A DNA stretch of 64,000 nucleotides from Cellvibrionales bacterium (GTDB lineage: Bacteria > Pseudomonadota > Gammaproteobacteria > Pseudomonadales > Halieaceae): assembly GCA_043513815.1 (NCBI GenBank), contig CP121313.1, positions 4,054,783-4,118,782 on the forward strand. The letters are read 5' to 3'. The position numbers were made by a program, and so were the translations under genes. Position 1 is the stretch's first letter. Each line of letters begins with the position of its first letter. The notes under the pieces were generated by a model. That model had not been told where the DNA came from. It saw only the letters and a list, made by a program, of their open reading frames with translations, and made no database searches. This document shows, in pieces, positions 1 to 11,811 of the stretch.

Positions 1-923
1 GGGAGCTGGGCGAATGTTTTGCCGAAGCGGTGCGCGCCCTGCTGATCCAATCCGGAACTCCGGCTTCACGGGTGCGCGCCATTGGCAGTCACGGGCAAAC
101 CGTACGCCATCACCCTCCCAGCCTCGCCGGATCCGGCGGGCAAGCCTATACCCTGCAGATTGGAGACCCGAATACGGTTGCAGAGCTGACGGGCATTACC
201 ACCGTGGCAGATTTCAGGCGTCGCGATCTGGCCGCCGGTGGCGAGGCAGCCCCCCTGGTCCCGGCCTTCCACAACTTCCTGTTTGCCGACAGCCAGAAGC
301 GCCGGGCCGTTGTCAATATCGGGGGAATCGCCAATGCCTCACTCCTGCTGGAAGGCGAGGTGGGCGGTTTTGACACCGGTCCTGGCAACACACTGCTGGA
401 CCACTGGATTCTTCGACACCGGGGCGAGCGCTACGACCCGCTGGGAGCCTGGTCGGCGGAGGGCGAATCCAGCACCGCACTGTTACAGGCGCTGACGTCA
501 CACCCTTACCTGGGGCTAGCGCCCCCCAAGAGCACTGGCAAGGAGGCGTTTAACCTCGACTGGCTGGACCAGGTGCTCCAGGACTTCCCTTCGGTTACTG
601 CGCAGGATGTGCAGGCCACACTGGCGGAGTTCACAGCGCATAGCATTGCCGAGAGCCTGCAAGGCTTTGATTTGGACGAGGTCTATGTCTGTGGCGGTGG
701 CGCCGCCAACACCGATCTCATGCGGCGGCTTTATCAGCGTCTGTCACCGGTCTATCTGGGCTCGACGACAGAGCTGGGCTGCGATCCTGCCTGGGTGGAG
801 GCTGCGGCCTTTGCCTGGCTGGCCAGGCAGACGCTGGAGGGACTTCCCGGCAACGTGCCGGCCGTAACCGGAGCAGCCGGATTACGGGTGCTGGGTGCGA
901 TTTACCCTGGACAGATCGTCTGA
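1..923 (+). CDS. anmK: anhydro-N-acetylmuramic acid kinase (5' end lies outside the window)
   Basis: The frame is open from base 3 to the stop at 923. The translation carries AnmK-type blocks (GSHGQTV, ADFRRRDLA, APLVPAFH, NIGGIAN, DTGPGN, PKSTGKE, VCGGGA, AFAWLA, LPGNVPAVTGA) collinear with E. coli AnmK from about residue 78. Confidence 0.9.
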   Translation, partial: ELGECFAEAVRALLIQSGTPASRVRAIGSHGQTVRHHPPSLAGSGGQAYTLQIGDPNTVAELTGITTVADFRRRDLAAGGEAAPLVPAFHNFLFADSQKRRAVVNIGGIANASLLLEGEVGGFDTGPGNTLLDHWILRHRGERYDPLGAWSAEGESSTALLQALTSHPYLGLAPPKSTGKEAFNLDWLDQVLQDFPSVTAQDVQATLAEFTAHSIAESLQGFDLDEVYVCGGGAANTDLMRRLYQRLSPVYLGSTTELGCDPAWVEAAAFAWLARQTLEGLPGNVPAVTGAAGLRVLGAIYPGQIV

Positions 924-950
924 AGGGAAGGAGTTCGGTGTCTGCAGCTG

Positions 951-1304
951 CTATATGGAGAAGGAGGCGCCACAACCACAGGTGGTGGCCGCGTTGGGGT
1001 TGGTGACCGTGAAACGCGCACCTTCGAATCCCTCGGTATAATCGACCTCGGCGCCCACCAGATACTGGTAGCTCATGGGATCGACGAGCACCGTCACGCC
1101 GTCACGCTGCACGGCAGTGTCGTCGTCGGCCACATCTTCATCGAAGCTGAATCCGTACTGGAAGCCCGAACAACCGCCGCCGGTGATGTACACCCGCAGT
1201 TTCAATCCGGGATTGCCTTCCTCGGTAATCAGTTCCCGCACCTTGTCGACCGCACGATTGGTCAATTGCAGAATGCCGGGTACGAAGGTTTCGGTTGCGC
1301 TCAT
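951..1304 (-). CDS. erpA: iron-sulfur cluster insertion protein ErpA (A-type carrier)
   Basis: 117 aa. HesB/IscA-type sequence with GGGCSGFQY and the C-terminal CGCGxSF cysteine motif. Confidence 0.92.
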   Translation of the reverse strand: MSATETFVPGILQLTNRAVDKVRELITEEGNPGLKLRVYITGGGCSGFQYGFSFDEDVADDDTAVQRDGVTVLVDPMSYQYLVGAEVDYTEGFEGARFTVTNPNAATTCGCGASFSI

Positions 1305-1352
1305 AATGCTTCTACCTCAGGGGCGGCATTATGTAATAACCAAGTATTTTGA

Positions 1353-1826
1353 TCAACTTTTGATCGGGGTAACCTGCTGGGGCGCAGTGTCGGCCGATGT
1401 GTCCTGGCCCTCGGTGGACGGGGCCCGGGCCGATGAATCCTTGGACTTCTTGGACGCGTCGCCGGTGTGAGTAAGGCTGCCGTTGACCTCGGCACCGATA
1501 GCCATTTCGACCAGCGTATAGTGCACATTGCCCTGCACACGGGCCTTGGAGGCCAGTTCCAGGTGCTTGGTGGAGTAGACATCGCCGGTCACAGCGCCAT
1601 TGACGATCACCGAAGGCGCGCGAATCTCTCCCTCGACCAGACCCTTGTCCACCACGCGCACCATGGCATCCTTACCTTCTACGGCAACAATATTGCCGCG
1701 CACGATGCCTTCAATATCGACATTCCCGCTGAACTTGATGTCACCGACGATCTCGGTGTCCCGTGACACCAGAGTGGTCGCATTAGATGAGCTGAAAGTG
1801 CTCTTGCCGTCTTTACCGCCTAACAT
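1353..1826 (-). CDS. bactofilin-family polymer-forming cytoskeletal protein
   Basis: 157 aa. Repetitive beta-helix pattern typical of bactofilin/CcmA (G.I.F.G...I.G.V.G.I) with a disordered acidic/Ser-rich tail. Its start overlaps the stop of the upstream gene by 14 nt. Confidence 0.85.
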   Translation of the reverse strand: MLGGKDGKSTFSSSNATTLVSRDTEIVGDIKFSGNVDIEGIVRGNIVAVEGKDAMVRVVDKGLVEGEIRAPSVIVNGAVTGDVYSTKHLELASKARVQGNVHYTLVEMAIGAEVNGSLTHTGDASKKSKDSSARAPSTEGQDTSADTAPQQVTPIKS

Positions 1827-2550
1827 CGCTAATCTTCTCCTGTACCGACCACGGGAATTCTTTTTCTACTCTGACGCGCTTGGGTTTGCTGGACTTCGCC
1901 TCCGCACTCACGGTGTCTGGCGTGAAGCCTGCAGGCAGCGCAAGTTCACCATCTATAGCTTGAAAGTACTTGAAGCGCAATCGAATTTCCGGATCCGGAA
2001 CCTGTTCTGAGAGCTCGGACAAGTTGTAGGCCTTCTGCTGCCCATCCTCCTCACCGTGCACCAGGATCTCCAGGCTGCCGGTCAAAAGATTATGCTTGCG
2101 CGCGCTTTGTTGCACGAGGATTCGGAATTGGTAGTTATCATCTTCCTGGCCCGGCTTGAGATCAATGCTGTGTACACTCAGTCCTTCGGCCTGCTCGCCC
2201 GGGGCCATCAGGCTGCGGTAGAAGTGCACCCCCTTTTCCAGCTCGGCGATCGCTTCCTGCTGCTCGGCGAGCTCCTCCCGCACCAGTTCCAGGGCAGCCA
2301 AATCGATTTCTCGGCCGGTTTGCGCATCACTCTTCCATTGCCGAAGGGATTCCAGCTGCCTGGCCTGGGCCACCACCTGTTCGCGCAAGCCGCGATTTTC
2401 CCAGGCGCTTTCCATTCCCAGGTAGAGGTTGCCATACCCGCCCGTCAACACGCCCGCAAGAAACAGCCCCAGGGCCGCCAGCGCCAGCCGAACCCGTCGG
2501 CGCCGACGCGAACGCGGGTCGTCCTGTATGACAATGGAGCGTGTCGTCAT
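1813..2550 (-). CDS. membrane-anchored coiled-coil protein (DUF6776-like), hypothetical
   Basis: 245 aa. Arg-rich N-terminus, one predicted TM segment ([17 protein letters not shown]), then a heptad-like Q/E/L-rich stretch. ATGA overlap with the argC stop suggests translational coupling. The family name is from memory only. Confidence 0.7.
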   Translation of the reverse strand: MTTRSIVIQDDPRSRRRRRVRLALAALGLFLAGVLTGGYGNLYLGMESAWENRGLREQVVAQARQLESLRQWKSDAQTGREIDLAALELVREELAEQQEAIAELEKGVHFYRSLMAPGEQAEGLSVHSIDLKPGQEDDNYQFRILVQQSARKHNLLTGSLEILVHGEEDGQQKAYNLSELSEQVPDPEIRLRFKYFQAIDGELALPAGFTPDTVSAEAKSSKPKRVRVEKEFPWSVQEKISDVRR

Positions 2551-3575
2551 GGCAGCAAGGCTATGCCTTCCAGGCCGCAGGTTTCAGCCAGCCCGAACAT
2601 GATATTCATGGCCTGCACCGCCTGGCCGGATGCACCCTTCACAAGGTTATCCTCCGCCACGGTGACCACCGCCGTATTGCGGCCCAGGGGCCGGGTGACG
2701 GCGATGCGGCACTGATTGGAACCGCGCACAGCGCGCGTCTGCGGTAGCTGGCCAGCCGGCAGGACGTCTACAAAAGGCTCGTCCTGGTAGTGCTGCTCGT
2801 AGAGCGACTGCAGGTCTATATCGTCCGTCAGCCGTGCATAAAGCGTTGCCAGGATGCCACGAATCATCGGCACCAGGTGAGGCACAAAGGTCAACTCAAC
2901 CGGCTTGCCCGCCATCGCTGACAGACCCTGTTCGATCTCGGGCAAGTGTCGGTGCCCGGCCACGCCGTAGACCTTGAAGTTGTCCGATGCCTCGGACACC
3001 AGGTTGTCTATTTTGGCCTGCCGGCCCGCGCCGCTGACGCCGGACGCAGCGTTGGCCACCAGGCCGTCAAATTCAACAACGCCGGCAGCGAGCAGCGGGT
3101 AGAAGCCAAGCTGCACCGCGGTCGGGTAGCAGCCTGGACAGGCTATCAGCTGAGCGCCCGCCATCTCGGCCCGGTACATCTCGGGGAGACCATAGACGGC
3201 GCGCGGGATGATATCCGGGCAGGCATGGGGCTCCCCGTACCAGCGCGACCAGGTGGCGGCATCGCGCAGGCGAAAATCAGCCGACAGGTCGACCACCCGG
3301 GTTCCCGCATCCAGCAGGGCGGGGACCGAATTCATGGCAACATTGTGGGGCGTGGCATAGAACACCACATCGCAGTCCGCCAGGGCACCCGCGTCCGGCG
3401 CCGCGAAGCTCAGCTCGCAGTGGCCGCGCAGGTTGGGAAACAGGTCGTCCACCCGGCGGCCCGCTTCCGATCGCGAGGTAATGACCTGTATGTCCACCTC
3501 ACCGTGACCCGCCAGCAGGCGCAGCAATTCCACACCCGTATAGCCTGTGCCACCGACGATTCCTGCCTTGATCAC
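2547..3575 (-). CDS. argC: N-acetyl-gamma-glutamyl-phosphate reductase
   Basis: Rossmann start [13 protein letters not shown] and the catalytic-Cys region [10 protein letters not shown] chose the GTG at 3575 because a GGAG sits 7 nt upstream and it gives the canonical N-terminus. The ORF track extends to 3629, adding 18 non-conserved residues. Confidence 0.92.
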   Translation of the reverse strand: MIKAGIVGGTGYTGVELLRLLAGHGEVDIQVITSRSEAGRRVDDLFPNLRGHCELSFAAPDAGALADCDVVFYATPHNVAMNSVPALLDAGTRVVDLSADFRLRDAATWSRWYGEPHACPDIIPRAVYGLPEMYRAEMAGAQLIACPGCYPTAVQLGFYPLLAAGVVEFDGLVANAASGVSGAGRQAKIDNLVSEASDNFKVYGVAGHRHLPEIEQGLSAMAGKPVELTFVPHLVPMIRGILATLYARLTDDIDLQSLYEQHYQDEPFVDVLPAGQLPQTRAVRGSNQCRIAVTRPLGRNTAVVTVAEDNLVKGASGQAVQAMNIMFGLAETCGLEGIALLP

Positions 3576-3691
3576 TGCCTCACTCCTGCCCGCGTCTGCG
3601 CGGGATTCCTGTCGCCGCGCCCAAATCACGGATAATATAGGATTTTTTCCACCACAGGCGCGGTAATTATGCCCGCCAGCGCACGGAAACC

Positions 3692-5401
3692 ATGCAGGCA
3701 GGCAAATACTTTCAAAACCTTTCTGACCACCGCGCCCTGTTGCCCTACGCCCTGCTGGGCCTGGTCGCCGGGCTGCTCTCGGCGGCGGCCGTACTGGCTT
3801 TCGAATGGCAGATCCAGGCCCTGGGCTACCTGTGGATGGGCTCCGGTTCCCCGGACGGGTTTGAGTCGCTGCCTGCCTGGCAGCGATTCGCTATCCCGAT
3901 GGCCGCTGCCGCGGTGCTGGGCATCGTCTTTGGTGTGCTCAAACCCGAGGACCGGGAAACCGGAATTGTGCACGTGCTCAGCCGCATGCACAGCCACTAC
4001 GGACAGCTCCCGTTGCGCAATGCCCTGGTACAGTTTTTCGGTGGCGCCCTGGCCCTGGCGGGCGGACACTCCGGTGGTCGCGAGGGTCCCGGCGTGCAAC
4101 TGGGAGCCGCCATCAGCAGCTGGTTGTCACACTGGCTGCAACTGCCCAACAACAGTCAGCGCATTCTGATCGCCTGCGGTACCGCGGGCAGCATCGCCGC
4201 CGCCTTTAACACGCCCCTGGCCGGTGTCGTGTTCGCCATGGAAGTGATCGTGGCGGAATACACCGTGGTCGGGTTTACACCTGTACTGGTCGCCGCCATC
4301 AGTGCGACCACCCTGAGCCAGGCACTAGGCGGCGGTCTGGCCGCGTTCGCCATCCCCGAAGTCAGCCTGACATCGCTGCTCGAACTGCCGCTGATACTAT
4401 TACTGGGCATCGCTGCCGGGATAGTCGCGGGCAGCTTTGCCTGGCTGCTGCAGCTGTGCCTGCGCGCCGGCCGCCTGCCTCCCCTGGTGCGCTTCCTGAT
4501 GGCCGGCCTGCTGACCGGCAGCCTGGGGCTGATTGTCCCCGAAGTGCTGGGCATGGGTTACGACAGCCTGGAGCAGGCGGTAGAGGGCAAGATTGGCCCG
4601 CTGGCGCTGGGTGTGCTGCTGGGCGCCAAGCTACTGGCCACCGCGGTTACCGTCGGCCTCGGGCTACCTGTCGGCGTCATCGGCCCCAGCCTTATTATGG
4701 GCAGCTGCCTGGGCGGACTGGTGGGTTTTGCCGGTATTGCCGTATTCCCGGAATATGGCTCCGACCTCTCGCTCTACGTGGTGATAGGGATGGGTGCCGC
4801 CATGGCGGCAATACTGAATGCGCCGCTGGCTGCGCTGCTGGCTGTCGTCGAATTGACCGGCAATGTATCCGTGGTGTTTCCCACCATGCTGGCGATCGTC
4901 GCTGCAACACTGACCAATACCGCCGGGCTCCGCGCCCGCTCCGCCCACCGCACCGTGCTGCGCTTCTTACAACGCGCCATCCCGGAAGACCCGATCAGCC
5001 AGCTGCTGCACCAGACTACCGTGCTCACAGCCATGGACCGCAGCATCCGCGCCTTCAACCATGGACTGGACAGGGAGGATTATCCGCTGGAGGCCTCACC
5101 CAACTGGTGCCTGTTAAAGCGGGAGGAGGAATACCTGTTCCTGGTGCGCGGTGCCGAAGTGAAGGGACTACTGGAGCCCCTGGAGCAAAACGCGCGCCTC
5201 GACCTGATGGAGCAGGACCTGCGGCGCTGGTCAATCACCCAGGTGTCGCCACGGGCTACTCTCCGTGAGGCACTGGACGCCATGCGTCGCGACGACGCCG
5301 AAGCCGTCGTCGTGTTCGACAAGCGGGTGACTGGTGACCTGGGCATACGCGGAGTGCTGACTCGCGATATCATTGACCAGTTCTATCTCATGCGACTGTA
5401 G
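3692..5401 (+). CDS. ClC-family chloride channel / H+-Cl- exchanger with C-terminal CBS pair
   Basis: 569 aa polytopic membrane protein with ClC selectivity motifs ([18 protein letters not shown], GxFxP-like GVIGPSL) and a soluble C-terminal region of about 140 aa. Confidence 0.9.
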   Translation: MQAGKYFQNLSDHRALLPYALLGLVAGLLSAAAVLAFEWQIQALGYLWMGSGSPDGFESLPAWQRFAIPMAAAAVLGIVFGVLKPEDRETGIVHVLSRMHSHYGQLPLRNALVQFFGGALALAGGHSGGREGPGVQLGAAISSWLSHWLQLPNNSQRILIACGTAGSIAAAFNTPLAGVVFAMEVIVAEYTVVGFTPVLVAAISATTLSQALGGGLAAFAIPEVSLTSLLELPLILLLGIAAGIVAGSFAWLLQLCLRAGRLPPLVRFLMAGLLTGSLGLIVPEVLGMGYDSLEQAVEGKIGPLALGVLLGAKLLATAVTVGLGLPVGVIGPSLIMGSCLGGLVGFAGIAVFPEYGSDLSLYVVIGMGAAMAAILNAPLAALLAVVELTGNVSVVFPTMLAIVAATLTNTAGLRARSAHRTVLRFLQRAIPEDPISQLLHQTTVLTAMDRSIRAFNHGLDREDYPLEASPNWCLLKREEEYLFLVRGAEVKGLLEPLEQNARLDLMEQDLRRWSITQVSPRATLREALDAMRRDDAEAVVVFDKRVTGDLGIRGVLTRDIIDQFYLMRL

Positions 5402-5435
5402 CCCGCGGAACCCAGGCCTCAATATAGGAACCGAC

Positions 5436-5861
5436 ATGCTCTACCTCTGGCTCAAGGCGCTGCACATCATCTTCGTGGTGTGCTGGTTCGCGGGAATCTT
5501 CTACCTGCCACGCATCATGGTGTACTACGCAGCCAGTGAGCACGCGGAAACCCGGCGCCAACTGGCGGTAATGGCTCGCAAGCTCTATCGCTTCGTCACC
5601 CCGCTGGCGGCCATCGCCATCGTCATGGGCCTCGCCTTGATTGCCATGAACCCGGAATACTACCTGTCAGCCCGCTGGCTGTGGATCAAGCTGCTCGCGG
5701 TGCTATGCCTGGTGGTTTACCACTTCTACTGCGGCCGCCTGGTAAAAGCCATCAACGCAGATACCGATGAACACACCCACGTCTACTTCCGGGTATTCAA
5801 CGAAGTGCCGGTGCTGTTCCTGTTCCTGATCGTCATCCTGGCGATCATCAAGCCCTTCTGA
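5436..5861 (+). CDS. hemJ: protoporphyrinogen IX oxidase HemJ (UPF0093 family)
   Basis: 141 aa four-TM protein starting MLYLWLKALHIIFVV.WFAG.FYLPR, the HemJ signature N-terminus. ATG at 5436. The longer track ORF from 5373 adds non-hydrophobic residues. Confidence 0.85.
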   Translation: MLYLWLKALHIIFVVCWFAGIFYLPRIMVYYAASEHAETRRQLAVMARKLYRFVTPLAAIAIVMGLALIAMNPEYYLSARWLWIKLLAVLCLVVYHFYCGRLVKAINADTDEHTHVYFRVFNEVPVLFLFLIVILAIIKPF

Positions 5862-5898
5862 TGAGGACGGGCAGCGCGACAATCCGCGGGAGTTCGGC

Positions 5899-6676
5899 AT
5901 GAACAAATCGACACCGGCAGTGATGTGTGTAGCGGAGCTGGACCCCACTGGCGGTGGCGGCATCGCGGCGGATATCGAAACCATGGGCAGCCTCGCCTGT
6001 CACTGCACCCCGATCATTACCGCTATCAGCATTCAGGACACGCAGGACATCAAGGACTCCGCGATTGTTGACAGCCTGCTGCTGATCGAGCAGATGCGCG
6101 CCGTGCTGGAAGACATCGACGTGTCTGCCATCAAGCTGCACCAGTTGGCGACCGTCGCCCACATCGAGAGCATTCACACGGTACTCAAGGACTACCCCGC
6201 CAGGCCCACGGTGCTGGATCCGGCGCTCTGGTCGCTGCCGGTGGAATCCGACTATGGCGACGCACTGTGCGCACTACTGCTGCCGCTTACCACCCTTCTG
6301 GTACTGACCGAGGAGGAGGCGCTGGAGCTGGCCGGCAGTGCCGACAATACGACCGCCTGCGCCCACGAACTGCTGGAGATGGGTTGCGACGCGGTATTGA
6401 TTTCCACCGAACCAGGCCTCTACCAGAGCTACGTCAGCCGGCTTTACGGCCGCTCCGGCCTGCAACAGAGTTTCGAGTGGGAACACCTGCCCAACAATTT
6501 CGTGGGTGCCGGCAGCACCTTTGCCGCTGCCATCACCGCCTACATGGCCCACGGTCTGCCGATTCCAGTCCGCTGTGCGCCAGGCCCAGGAGTACACCTG
6601 GCGCGCCCTGTCCAACGCCCGGCGCATTGGAATGGGCAAGCTGGTGCCCGGGCGCATTCGCACCCGCGAGAACTGA
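5899..6676 (+). CDS. thiD: hydroxymethylpyrimidine/phosphomethylpyrimidine kinase, ThiD-like, with an apparent +1 frameshift near 6565
   Basis: The N-terminal block [14 protein letters not shown] and the [10 protein letters not shown] anion-hole block are ThiD/ribokinase-like. After ...AHGLPI the annotated frame turns into an Arg/Ala/Pro-rich tail ending at 6774. The +1 frame reads [31 protein letters not shown] and stops at 6676, which is a typical ThiD C-terminus. Confidence 0.75.
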
Positions 6677-6770
6677 CAACAAGCTGGCAAGGCCGCCGGA
6701 AACTCGCTTTCCGGTGGCGAGCGGCGAGAAGAGCCGCAATAATGGACGCCGATTTTGGAAGTGGACAGTC

Positions 6771-9082
<2,312 letters not shown>

Positions 9083-9089
9083 GGCGCCG

Positions 9090-9695
9090 ATGTCTGCACG
9101 CTGGCTGCTCCTGCCTCTATTACTGCTACCCCTGGAACCGAAGGCGGAGTGTGACTGCCTCTGGCAGGGGGCTTTCGCTGACGTTCAGCAGACCACCGAC
9201 CTGGTGGTCGCAGGCGAGGTGGTGGCCAGCAGCGGAAACTCTATAGATGTGCTGGTCTCGCGCACCCTGCGTGGCGAACTGTTTCGCAGCACGGTGCGTG
9301 TCTGGCTAGATACCGGCGACCTGTGCCGAGCCCCGGTCGACACCTTTCCTCTGGACACCACCTGGGTCATGGCACTGGAACGCATCACAGAGATTCCACC
9401 GGGCGGCTTCAATCCCGGTACTCCCAACATCAGCTATGGCCGCGTGGGCGACTACAGCCTGTCCCGCTGCGGCGGCTACTGGCTGCGCCAGGCGGAAAAC
9501 ATGGTCAGCGGTAACCTGACCGGGGGGCCCCGCTGGGAGATGGAGCCCAAGATGTCGCCAATCCTGATGGACCTGGTAGCCGCCTATGTGAGCGGCGAAC
9601 TGGACCGGGAGACCCTTGAACAAGCCGGCCGTGTCGATCCGGCCCTGCAGGAGCTGATTATCAATACCCGGTTGTTCCTGCGCCAGGGGCAGTAG
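9090..9695 (+). CDS. secreted hypothetical protein with four Cys in a TIMP/NTR-like pattern
   Basis: 201 aa. Hydrophobic signal-like N-terminus MSARWLLLPLLLLPL, then ECDC. It lies 8 nt after the hemB stop. I recognise no named family with certainty. Confidence 0.7.
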   Translation: MSARWLLLPLLLLPLEPKAECDCLWQGAFADVQQTTDLVVAGEVVASSGNSIDVLVSRTLRGELFRSTVRVWLDTGDLCRAPVDTFPLDTTWVMALERITEIPPGGFNPGTPNISYGRVGDYSLSRCGGYWLRQAENMVSGNLTGGPRWEMEPKMSPILMDLVAAYVSGELDRETLEQAGRVDPALQELIINTRLFLRQGQ

Positions 9696-9709
9696 CGCAC
9701 TGGCCAGTC

Positions 9710-10303
9710 CTACCCAGGGCCAGGCACCAAAGCCAGCAGTTCATCAATCATCATTAGCGACAGACCCCAGATACGCCGGCCCTCGTAGAGGTAGCACGGC
9801 AGGGGGATGGGCACCCTGTCACGTTTCCACTCCATGGTTTCGCGGTTACCGTAATCGTTGAGAAAATCCACCGGCACCCAGATCACCTCCGCCACCTCGT
9901 AGTTCGGCGTAAACTCCACCTCCCGCGCCAGCCGGAACAGGTAGGGGGTCACTATCATGGGCCGTCGGTGCAGCAGTCGCGGGCGGGCGGTGATTTCCGA
10001 CAGCCTGCCGATACAGGGCTCAGCCTTGCCCAGGCTCAGGCCGATCTCTTCCTCAGTTTCGCGTTTGGCAACATCCAGACCGTGGCGGTCCGCAGGCTCC
10101 ATGCGACCGCCCGGAAATGCCATATGCCCGGACCAGGGGTCTCCCGGGTGCTCGGCGCGCTTGATCATGAGTAGCTCACAGCGACCGCGGCGTTCCCGCA
10201 GGATCATCGCCACCGCGGAGCGCAGCATCAGCGCCCGCAGCATTTTCCGGCGCGGGCGATGGTGGCTAAGAGCGTGTTCGATTTGCTTCAGGGAGAGGGA
10301 CAC
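9710..10303 (-). CDS. NUDIX hydrolase, CoA pyrophosphatase-like
   Basis: 197 aa. NUDIX box GGRMEPADRHGLDVAKRETEEEIGL, preceded by the LLMIKRAEH...G.MAFPGG arrangement typical of NudL/PCD1-type CoA pyrophosphatases. Confidence 0.85.
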   Translation of the reverse strand: MSLSLKQIEHALSHHRPRRKMLRALMLRSAVAMILRERRGRCELLMIKRAEHPGDPWSGHMAFPGGRMEPADRHGLDVAKRETEEEIGLSLGKAEPCIGRLSEITARPRLLHRRPMIVTPYLFRLAREVEFTPNYEVAEVIWVPVDFLNDYGNRETMEWKRDRVPIPLPCYLYEGRRIWGLSLMMIDELLALVPGPG

Positions 10304-10426
10304 AGGGCTGTTGCCAGTAAGGATAAGCTCATTAAGCCAGCCACCCGCCAGCCTGACAAGCGGGCTGTCAACGGATCCGCTACTGCTGCGTTAACTATCA
10401 GGGAGTCAAAGGAACTCCATGCTACG

Positions 10427-11053
10427 ATGACTGACACTGCCACCTTGATCTGCTACAGCTGGATCGAACAGTTTCCCGGAGAAAAAGGGGACCCGAACCT
10501 GGACCGACAGAGCGCCATGAACGGTTTTCTCCAGGGCGTTGAACGGCGCGCACTGCGAGTCGCGGAGCTCTCCGTAGGCAACCGCGAGGATGCTCTCGAG
10601 CTGGTTCAGGAAGCCATGCTGGGCCTGGTGCGACGCTACAGCCTGCGCCCCAGCGACGAGTGGAAGCCGCTTTTCTATCGCATCCTCCAGAGTCGTATCA
10701 ATGACTTCCACCGTCGGCGCGCGGTCAGGCGCCGGGTGATGACCTTCATGCCCGGCAGTGCTGATGCCGACACGGAGCCAGACCCACTCGACCAGGCCAC
10801 TGCCGGAGAGCGGGAAAACCCGGCCCGCGCCCTGCAGCAGGAGATTGCCCATCAGGCTATGCTGGAAGCGATCGGGCGCCTGCCCACCCGCCAACAGCAG
10901 GCCTTCGTGTTGCGCGCCTGGGAAGGCATGTCCACGCGCGATACGGCGCTGGCCATGGATTGCAGCGAAGGCAGCGTAAAAACCCATTACAATCGAGCCT
11001 TGAGATCCCTTCAGGCTGCGCTGGCAGAGCACTCACCTCATGCACAGGAATGA
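10427..11053 (+). CDS. ECF-type RNA polymerase sigma factor (sigma-70 family group 4)
   Basis: Region 2 (EDALELVQEAMLGLVRRY ... FYRILQSRINDFHRRR) and region 4 HTH (LRAWEGMSTRDTALAMDCSEGSVKTHYNRALRSLQ). I chose the ATG at 10427; the track ORF start at 10259 would overlap the divergent NUDIX gene. Confidence 0.85.
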   Translation: MTDTATLICYSWIEQFPGEKGDPNLDRQSAMNGFLQGVERRALRVAELSVGNREDALELVQEAMLGLVRRYSLRPSDEWKPLFYRILQSRINDFHRRRAVRRRVMTFMPGSADADTEPDPLDQATAGERENPARALQQEIAHQAMLEAIGRLPTRQQQAFVLRAWEGMSTRDTALAMDCSEGSVKTHYNRALRSLQAALAEHSPHAQE

Positions 11054-11402
11054 TCAGGACAACAGCGCAGATGCGCTGGAAACATTGGCCCGGGCCAGCC
11101 TCGACGACAGCGTCGCGCATCTCGACGCCGCCACCCTGTCGCGACTCAATCGCGCCCGTCAGACGGCGCTGGCCGAAGCCAACAAACCCTACAACCCTGG
11201 CAACTGGCTGGCGCTGACCGCAGCAGCCTTTGTGCTCGTTGTTATAGCCGTGGCACTACCCCTGGTTCAGGGCGGTAGCCCAGACACTGCCAGAGAACCT
11301 TCTCTGGACCCGGCCGCCTACACTGCGGCGGAGGATGCCGCCCTGATAGAAGATCTCGACCTGGTGCTGTGGATGATGGAAAACGAGGATCATGCGAGCT
11401 AG
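11040..11402 (+). CDS. DUF3619-like single-pass membrane protein (putative anti-sigma / partner of the ECF sigma)
   Basis: 120 aa. Overlaps the sigma-gene stop by 14 nt. Cytoplasmic LD.S...LD..TLSRLNRARQ.AL segment, then one TM (WLALTAAAFVLVVIAVALPL). Confidence 0.7.
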   Translation: MHRNDQDNSADALETLARASLDDSVAHLDAATLSRLNRARQTALAEANKPYNPGNWLALTAAAFVLVVIAVALPLVQGGSPDTAREPSLDPAAYTAAEDAALIEDLDLVLWMMENEDHAS

Positions 11403-11802
11403 CCAGGTTTTCGCTGCACTGCTGCTGATCTCTGTCCACGGCGGCGCCTGTTCACAGGCGCTGGCCCAGGCACCGACCTGGAACCAGCTCACAGCGGACC
11501 AGCAGCAACTACTGCATCGTCACCAAACCCAGTGGGATGCCCTGCCGGAGCCTGAACGCAAGCGGCTGGCGAACAATGCCCGGCGCTGGTCGGCCATGTC
11601 CCCTGAGCAGCGCCAACAGGCGCGCAAGCGCTACCGCGCGCTCAAGGACCTGTCACCGGATCAACGCCAGGCACTAAGGCAACGCTGGCAGGGTATGGAC
11701 CCCGACCAACGCCAGCGATTGCGTCGACGGCTGGCAAACATGAGCCCGGAACAGCGCCAGCAGGCCCTGAACCGGATCGCCGAGCAGCAGGGCAGGAAGT
11801 AG
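11392..11802 (+). CDS. DUF3106-like secreted repeat protein
   Basis: 136 aa. Signal peptide, then four or five degenerate repeats of the form W..(M/L)sP(E/D)QRQ.(A/L)R.R. Overlaps the preceding gene by 11 nt. Confidence 0.75.
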   Translation: MRASQVFAALLLISVHGGACSQALAQAPTWNQLTADQQQLLHRHQTQWDALPEPERKRLANNARRWSAMSPEQRQQARKRYRALKDLSPDQRQALRQRWQGMDPDQRQRLRRRLANMSPEQRQQALNRIAEQQGRK

Positions 11803-11811
11803 CCGGCCCCC

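Noticed and set aside
5862-5898. Checked for a TPP (THI-box) riboswitch upstream of the ThiD-like gene.
   Set aside because: The spacer is only 37 bp, far too short for a THI-box, and no conserved CUGAGA core is present.
6267-6770. The long ORF-track reading frame 6267-8051 would give hemL a 168-aa N-terminal extension overlapping thiD.
   Set aside because: The extension is Arg/Pro/Ala-rich with no aminotransferase similarity. The canonical HemL N-terminus ([11 protein letters not shown]...[10 protein letters not shown]) begins at the ATG at 6771.
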